The notes beneath the pieces are model-generated. The model did not search any database. It saw only the letters and a list, made by a program, of their open reading frames with translations, and had not been told where the DNA came from. The position numbers and the translations under genes are program-made. A stretch of 64,000 nucleotides of DNA from Verrucomicrobiota bacterium (GTDB lineage: Bacteria; Verrucomicrobiota; Verrucomicrobiia; Chthoniobacterales; UBA10450): positions 6,514 through 70,513 of the forward strand of contig JBEEGW010000001.1 in assembly GCA_041167045.1 (NCBI GenBank), in the 5' to 3' direction. This document shows positions 58,563-64,000 of the stretch, piece by piece. How positions within the stretch are numbered: position 1 is the stretch's first letter; each line of letters starts with the position of its first letter.

Positions 58563-60707
58563 ATGAAAATATTTAGTTGGTTCCTTTTCCTTTGTGCGAT
58601 GGCCGGCTCGTGTGTGATCGATTTGAGCGCAGCCGAACCGGCGGGTTCGACGCCGAAAAAGGCGGTCACCGATGAATATCAGGGCGTAAAAGTTCAGGAC
58701 GAGTATCAATGGCTGGAGAAAGACGACGATCAGGAAGTCAAAGCCTGGTCGGACCGCCAAAACCAGAAGACGCGCGCGTACATCGACAAGCTGCCGGACC
58801 GCGCGCCGCTCGAGAAGCAATTGACGGAGTGGTACGCGAAAACTTCGCCGAGCTATTCCGCGATCCTCTCGCGCCCGGGAATTTTGTTCGCGCTGAAATT
58901 TCAGCCGCCCAAACAGCAGCAGATGCTGGTAACGCTGGCCTCGGCGGACGATTTGAAATCGGAGAAGATGGTGCTCGATCCCAACGCGCTCGATGCGAAG
59001 GGCACGACCGCGATCGATTGGTTTGCGCCATCGCGCGACGGGAGATACGTGGCGATCTCGATTTCGCAAGGCGGCAGCGAAGATGGCACGCTCCATATTT
59101 ACGAAACAGCAACGGGAAAAGCGCTCCCCGATACGATTGCGCATGTGCAATACCCGACGGCGGGCGGCAGCGCGGCCTGGAACGCGGACGGCAGTGGAAT
59201 TTATTACACGCGCTTCCCGCGCAAAGGCGAGCGGCCCGATGTCGATCTAAATTTTTATCAGCAGATTTATTTTCATAAAATAGGCACCGCTGACACCGAG
59301 GATACCTATTCGTTAGGCAAAGAGTTTCCGCGGATCGCAGAGGTGAAGCTCGAAGCGTCGCGCGACGGCAAATATATTCTCGCGACTGTGGCCAACGGCG
59401 ACGGCGGAGAGTTTGCCCATTATCTGCTCGGCCCGGACGGCAGCTGGAAGCAGGTCACGCAATTTGCCGATCAAGTGAAAGCGGCCCGGGTCGGCCGGGA
59501 CAACGCGCTTTATCTTCTTTCACGCGCCGATGCGCCGCGCGGAAAAATTTTGCGATTGCCGCTCGACACGCCGGAGCTGGCCAAAGCCACAGTGATCGTC
59601 CCGGCGAGTGACGCCGTGATTGAATTTGTGGAGCCAACGGCCGACGCGCTGTATGTCGGCGACTTGTTAGGCGGGCCGTCGCAAATCCGGCGCTTCGGAT
59701 TGGATGGCAAAGGCGAAGCCATTATTCCGATACCGCAAATTTCCGCGGTCTCGGAGATGGAATCGCTGGAAGATAACTCGCTGCTTTTTCGCGATGTGAG
59801 CTTCACCGAACCAGCGGCCTGGTTTCATTACGCCGATGGAAAAGGTGCCGCCGTGAAGACCGCGCTGGTGAGCACGTCGCCGGTTTCGTTTGCCGATATC
59901 GAAGTAACGCGCGAATTCGCGACCTCGAAAGATGGCGCGAAAATTCCGCTCAACATCATTCGCAAGAAAGGAACGAAGCTCGACGGCAACAACCCGACGC
60001 TTCTTTACGGCTACGGCGGTTACGGGATCAGCATGTCGCCGAGTTTTGATTTCACGCGCCGGCTTTGGTTCGATCGCGGCGGCGTTTATGTCGTGGCCAA
60101 TATTCGTGGCGGCGGCGAGTTCGGTGAGGAATGGCACAAGGCCGGCAATCTCACCAAAAAACAAAACGTGTTCGATGACTTCGCCGCCGCAGCTGAATAC
60201 CTCGTGCAACAAAAATGGACGCGCCCGGAAAAGCTTGCGGTCATGGGTGGCAGCAACGGCGGCCTGCTTATGGGCGCGATGATGACGCAGCATCCTGATC
60301 TAATGCGCGCGGTCGTTTCGGCAGTCGGGATTTACGACATGTTGCGTGTCGAGCTCGCGCCCAACGGCGCTTTTAATGTGACCGAATTTGGCACGGTGAA
60401 AGATCCCGAGCAGTTCAAAGCACTTTACGCCTACTCGCCTTATCATCATGTCGCTGATGGAACGAAGTATCCGTCGATCTTGATGATGACCGGGGCGAAC
60501 GACGGTCGCGTCGCGCCGTTTCATTCGCGCAAAATGGTTGCGCGTCTCGATGAAGCGAATAAATCCGCGAATCCAATTCTGCTTCGCACCAGCTCGAGCG
60601 CCGGTCACGGGATCGGCACCGCGTTGAGCGAGCGGATCAAACAAAGCGCTGATATCTATTCGTTTTTGTTCGCCCAGCTCGGCATGGCGGCGGGCACGAA
60701 AAAATAG
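58563..60707 (+). CDS. prolyl oligopeptidase family serine peptidase (S9A)
   Basis: Signal peptide, a POP N-terminal propeller, the catalytic elbow GGSNGGLL and C-terminal Asp/His. Confidence 0.85.
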   Translation: MKIFSWFLFLCAMAGSCVIDLSAAEPAGSTPKKAVTDEYQGVKVQDEYQWLEKDDDQEVKAWSDRQNQKTRAYIDKLPDRAPLEKQLTEWYAKTSPSYSAILSRPGILFALKFQPPKQQQMLVTLASADDLKSEKMVLDPNALDAKGTTAIDWFAPSRDGRYVAISISQGGSEDGTLHIYETATGKALPDTIAHVQYPTAGGSAAWNADGSGIYYTRFPRKGERPDVDLNFYQQIYFHKIGTADTEDTYSLGKEFPRIAEVKLEASRDGKYILATVANGDGGEFAHYLLGPDGSWKQVTQFADQVKAARVGRDNALYLLSRADAPRGKILRLPLDTPELAKATVIVPASDAVIEFVEPTADALYVGDLLGGPSQIRRFGLDGKGEAIIPIPQISAVSEMESLEDNSLLFRDVSFTEPAAWFHYADGKGAAVKTALVSTSPVSFADIEVTREFATSKDGAKIPLNIIRKKGTKLDGNNPTLLYGYGGYGISMSPSFDFTRRLWFDRGGVYVVANIRGGGEFGEEWHKAGNLTKKQNVFDDFAAAAEYLVQQKWTRPEKLAVMGGSNGGLLMGAMMTQHPDLMRAVVSAVGIYDMLRVELAPNGAFNVTEFGTVKDPEQFKALYAYSPYHHVADGTKYPSILMMTGANDGRVAPFHSRKMVARLDEANKSANPILLRTSSSAGHGIGTALSERIKQSADIYSFLFAQLGMAAGTKK

Positions 60708-60720
60708 TAGCGAGCAAAAA

Positions 60721-62001
60721 TTAATCGGCACTAGCGCGCGTTCCCGCTTCGAGCATGCGCACGCGCCGGTCGATATAGGGCAGGCGAATGGTGAGCGTGA
60801 GCCCCTTGCCTTCCGTGCTTTCGATCGACATTTCTCCGCCGTGTTCGCGCACAATCCGGCGCACGATCAAAAGACCCAGACCTGAGCCGGAAGTTTTCGT
60901 CGTAAAATAGGGTTCGAATACGCGTCCCAGATTTTCCGCGGAGATTCCGCCACCGGTGTCATTGAAACTAATGAGCACGTGCGTGTCGTCGCGATCGGTG
61001 CGAATCCGCAGAATCCCGCGGCGCTTCATCGCTTCGAAACTATTTTTGATCACGTTATAAAAAGCCTGCTTCATCTGATCGCGATCCAGCTCGAGCATCG
61101 GCAGATCGGAGCGCAATTCCTGTTCGACCACGATATCTCGATCTTCGATTTCAGGCGCAAAGAAGCGCACCGCTTCTTCGATGATTGAGTTGATATTCTC
61201 TCGATGCAGCTCCGGTTTTGACGGACGAATCGCGCGCAGAAATTGCGTAACGATTGAATCAAGCCGGGTGATTTCAGCGCGGGCAATGTCGATCGAGCCC
61301 TGAAGCTCTTCGCGCGCCGGGCCTTCAAGTTTGCGAACATTGCGCTCCATCAATTGCAAATGGATGTGCAGTGAGTTGAGCGGGTTTCCGATTTCGTGCG
61401 CGACGCCGGCGGCGAGCAAAGTGAGCGCGTTGAATCGCTCCGACTCGATGGTTTGCTGTGCCGAGCGCCGGCTTTCGGTGATATCGCGCAGAATCATGGC
61501 GTGACCGACTGCTTCGGGGGACATGTCGATCTTGTTATTGTCGATCTTATCCCCGGCGCTTCGGCGCTCGATGATGAGCGGAACGATGTAGAAGTTGATG
61601 AACTTGTTTGCCGGATAAAAAATTTCCATGTCACGGCTGACCGCGCTGCTCGATTTGGAAAGCGATTCCCAATCGAGGCCGCGCACCCGTTCATCGAGCC
61701 GTTTTCCGACGGCGCTCTCCATGTCGAACCCAAAAAGCTCACAGGCCGCGTTGTTCACATAAGTGATGCGACCATTCGAATCGGTGACGATGATCCCTTC
61801 CTGAATCGAATTGAAAATCGTCTCGAGAAATCCTTTTTCCTGCGCGAGTCGCAGCAAATAATTCTGCACGTCCTCCGGTCCGATGCGGCCGAGACGCTCG
61901 ATCAGTTTCTCGAGAAAGCCGGATTTCATGATCGTGGAGCGGCGATCTGGGACCGCCGCTGATTCCGAACACGATAATGCGGCGCTTCTACTGCGCCGCA
62001 A
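60721..62001 (-). CDS. PAS-domain sensor histidine kinase (NtrB-like)
   Basis: PAS domain, the H-box HEIGNPLNSL and HATPase N/G boxes. Confidence 0.85.
   Translation of the reverse strand: MRRSRSAALSCSESAAVPDRRSTIMKSGFLEKLIERLGRIGPEDVQNYLLRLAQEKGFLETIFNSIQEGIIVTDSNGRITYVNNAACELFGFDMESAVGKRLDERVRGLDWESLSKSSSAVSRDMEIFYPANKFINFYIVPLIIERRSAGDKIDNNKIDMSPEAVGHAMILRDITESRRSAQQTIESERFNALTLLAAGVAHEIGNPLNSLHIHLQLMERNVRKLEGPAREELQGSIDIARAEITRLDSIVTQFLRAIRPSKPELHRENINSIIEEAVRFFAPEIEDRDIVVEQELRSDLPMLELDRDQMKQAFYNVIKNSFEAMKRRGILRIRTDRDDTHVLISFNDTGGGISAENLGRVFEPYFTTKTSGSGLGLLIVRRIVREHGGEMSIESTEGKGLTLTIRLPYIDRRVRMLEAGTRASAD
61524..61548 (-). repeat. two direct copies of TGTCGATCTT, 15 nt apart, inside the histidine-kinase coding region (encodes DKIDNNKIDM)
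   Basis: Exact 10-mers at 61524..61533 and 61539..61548. Confidence 0.9.
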
Positions 62002-62007
62002 AAAATT

Positions 62008-64000
62008 CTAGCGAACTGGTTGTTCGACCGGCGCTGCCTGTCCTGCCTCTTTTTCGGCGCGCTCTTTCAGCGCGGCTTTGCGCGAAAGTTTCACGCGGCC
62101 CTTGTCGTCGATGCCGATGCATTTCACCCAAATCATGTCGCCCATTTTTGCCACGTCTTCGGTGCGGTTGACTCGGAAATCGGCCAGCTCGGAAATGTGC
62201 ACAAGGCCGTCTCTTCCGGGAAATACTTCGACGAACGCGCCAAATTCTTTCACAGAAACAACGCGACCGTGATAAGTCTGCCCAATCTCGATCTCGCGCG
62301 CCATGCCGCCGATGATCTCCTTCGCGCGCGCCATGCTTTCGGGGCTGGTCGCGTAAATGTGGACGGAGCCGTCGTCCTCGATGTTAATTTCGGCACCCGT
62401 CTCTGCGACAATGCCCTTGATGGTTTTGCCGCCCGGTCCGATGAGCGCGCCGATCTTCTCGGGATTGATTTTGATCGTCTCAATGCGCGGCGCGTACTTC
62501 GAGAGTTCGGCGCGCGGTTTGTCGATGGCGCCGGCCATGATCGACAAAATCTTGGTGCGCGCTTCTTTCGCACGACTGACCGCTTCGGCCATGATTTTGT
62601 GACTGACGCCCGGAAGTTTTAGATCGAGCTGAAATCCAGTGACGCCGTTTGCCGTTCCGCAAAGTTTGAAATCCATGTCGCCGAAATGATCTTCGGAACC
62701 GATGATGTCGGTGAGCAGTTCGTAGCGTTTTAATTGTCGATCTTCGCCGTATTCGGTAACGAGGCCGACAGAAATTCCTGCGACCGTTCCTTTGACGGGA
62801 ACACCGGCATCCATGAGCGCGAGCATTCCGCCACAAACACTGGCCATCGAGGTCGAGCCGTTTGATTCCATCACTTCACTCGAAATGCGGATCGCGTAAC
62901 GGAAATCATTTTCGTTCGGAATAATCGGCTCGAGCGAGCGCTCGGCCAAGGCGCCGTGGCCGATCTCGCGACGGCTCGCGCCGCCGGTGCGTCCGGTTTC
63001 GCCTACGCTGAACGGCGGGAAATTGTAATGCAGAATGAAGCGCTTCGACGTCACACCGCCGCCGTAAGCATCGATGTTTTGCGATTCTTCGATGGGAGCG
63101 AGCGTGACGAGAGCGAGCGCCTGGGTTTCGCCGCGCTGAAAAATGGCGGTGCCATGAGCGCGCGGTAGCACGCCCACTTCGGCAGTGATCTGGCGAAGAT
63201 CGTCATAACCCCGACCATCCATGCGTTTCTTTTTTTCGAGCACGCTGATGCGAAATGCTTTTTTCTGCACGTAATCGAACGCTTGCGAGATCGAGAATTT
63301 GTCAGTCTCAGGATGCTTGGCGAGCACCGCGGTTTTCACTTCTTCGCGCAAATCTGCGACTGCTTTGCTGCGCGCGACTTTGCCTTCGGTGTAAAGGGCG
63401 CCTTCGATGCGATTGCCGGCAATTTGGTCCGCGATTTCCAGAACGTCGGGCTTCACGTTCAGCAGCGGCATTTCGCGTTTAGGTTTTGCCACTTTCGACG
63501 CGAGCTCTTTTTGAATGCGAATCATTTCACGCGCATGTCCGTGCGCAAACTCGAGCGCTTTCACGAACTCGGCTTCCGGTAATTCATTGGCGGCGCCTTC
63601 GATCATGATGACGTCGTTCTCGGTGCCGACGTAGACAAGATCGAGATCGCTCTGCTCGCGCTCAGCATGAGTCGGGTTAGCGATGAATTGTCCATTCACG
63701 CGACCGACGCGAACTGCTCCAATCGGACCGGCAAACGGAATGTCGGAAACGCTCAGCGCGGCGGATGCGCCGTTGATCGCGAGAATGTCCGGATCGTTCT
63801 CGCCATCGGCGCTGAGCAAGATCGAGATAATTTGCGTGTCGTAAAAATAACCAGCCGGAAAGAGCGGTCGCAGCGGCCGATCGGTCATGCGCGAAGTGAG
63901 CGTTTCTTTTTCGGAAGGACGACCTTCGCGTTTGAAATAGCCGCCCGGAAACTTTCCGACGGCCGCGGCTTTTTCGCGATAGTCGACAGTGAGCGGAAAA
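62008..64000 (-). CDS. pnp: polynucleotide phosphorylase (polyribonucleotide nucleotidyltransferase). The N-terminus lies beyond the window end.
   Basis: RNase PH domains, KH and S1 domains ([20 protein letters not shown]). The reading frame continues open to position 64000. Confidence 0.9.
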   Translation of the reverse strand, partial: FPLTVDYREKAAAVGKFPGGYFKREGRPSEKETLTSRMTDRPLRPLFPAGYFYDTQIISILLSADGENDPDILAINGASAALSVSDIPFAGPIGAVRVGRVNGQFIANPTHAEREQSDLDLVYVGTENDVIMIEGAANELPEAEFVKALEFAHGHAREMIRIQKELASKVAKPKREMPLLNVKPDVLEIADQIAGNRIEGALYTEGKVARSKAVADLREEVKTAVLAKHPETDKFSISQAFDYVQKKAFRISVLEKKKRMDGRGYDDLRQITAEVGVLPRAHGTAIFQRGETQALALVTLAPIEESQNIDAYGGGVTSKRFILHYNFPPFSVGETGRTGGASRREIGHGALAERSLEPIIPNENDFRYAIRISSEVMESNGSTSMASVCGGMLALMDAGVPVKGTVAGISVGLVTEYGEDRQLKRYELLTDIIGSEDHFGDMDFKLCGTANGVTGFQLDLKLPGVSHKIMAEAVSRAKEARTKILSIMAGAIDKPRAELSKYAPRIETIKINPEKIGALIGPGGKTIKGIVAETGAEINIEDDGSVHIYATSPESMARAKEIIGGMAREIEIGQTYHGRVVSVKEFGAFVEVFPGRDGLVHISELADFRVNRTEDVAKMGDMIWVKCIGIDDKGRVKLSRKAALKERAEKEAGQAAPVEQPVR

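Noticed and set aside
60125-60145. TGGCAC-N5-CGGC resembling a sigma-54 -24 element.
   Set aside because: It lacks the TTGC -12 element and lies inside the prolyl oligopeptidase coding region.

Overview
High-GC (about 59-60%) bacterial chromosomal segment, gene-dense on both strands. Gene content (MacB/FtsX-type permease, three S9 peptidases, sigma-54 regulator, weak or absent Shine-Dalgarno sequences) suggests Acidobacteria or a similar lineage, but this is inference. About 56 protein genes and one tRNA-Thr are called. They cover core metabolism and information processing (gpsA-plsY, mnmG, cdd, a MetH-Hcy/MetF fusion, mutM, trxB, priA, polX, thiG, carB, rpoA-rplQ, glmM, scpB, pnp). They also include a glycosylation-type locus around the tRNA: two glycosyltransferase family 2 (GT2) genes, a family 4 (GT4) gene, an ArnT/PMT-like membrane transferase, a DUF2064 gene, an epimerase and a methyltransferase. 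Further genes encode a NitT/TauT ABC transporter, sulfur-transfer proteins (SufE-like plus rhodanese), a LemA-TPM-TPM operon, a sigma-54 response regulator, a PAS histidine kinase and an orphan beta-class DNA methyltransferase. No prophage, integron or CRISPR array was seen. The most striking signal is sequence-level rather than gene-level. A non-palindromic 10-13-mer, [c/t]AAGATCGACA[a/t] (reverse complement TGTCGATCTT), occurs roughly 65-75 times by manual count. That is about one copy per 0.9 kb, against an expectation of about 0.1 for a random 10-mer at this composition. It appears in both orientations without strand bias, inside genes in all reading frames, in intergenic DNA, abutting start and stop codons, and in several tandem pairs. 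This abundance and orientation-independence match DNA-uptake signal sequences or other genome-wide architectural words; such a motif has not been described for this kind of organism. A second signal is a conserved upstream leader of about 55 nt, carrying a mini-uORF, shared by two unrelated genes.
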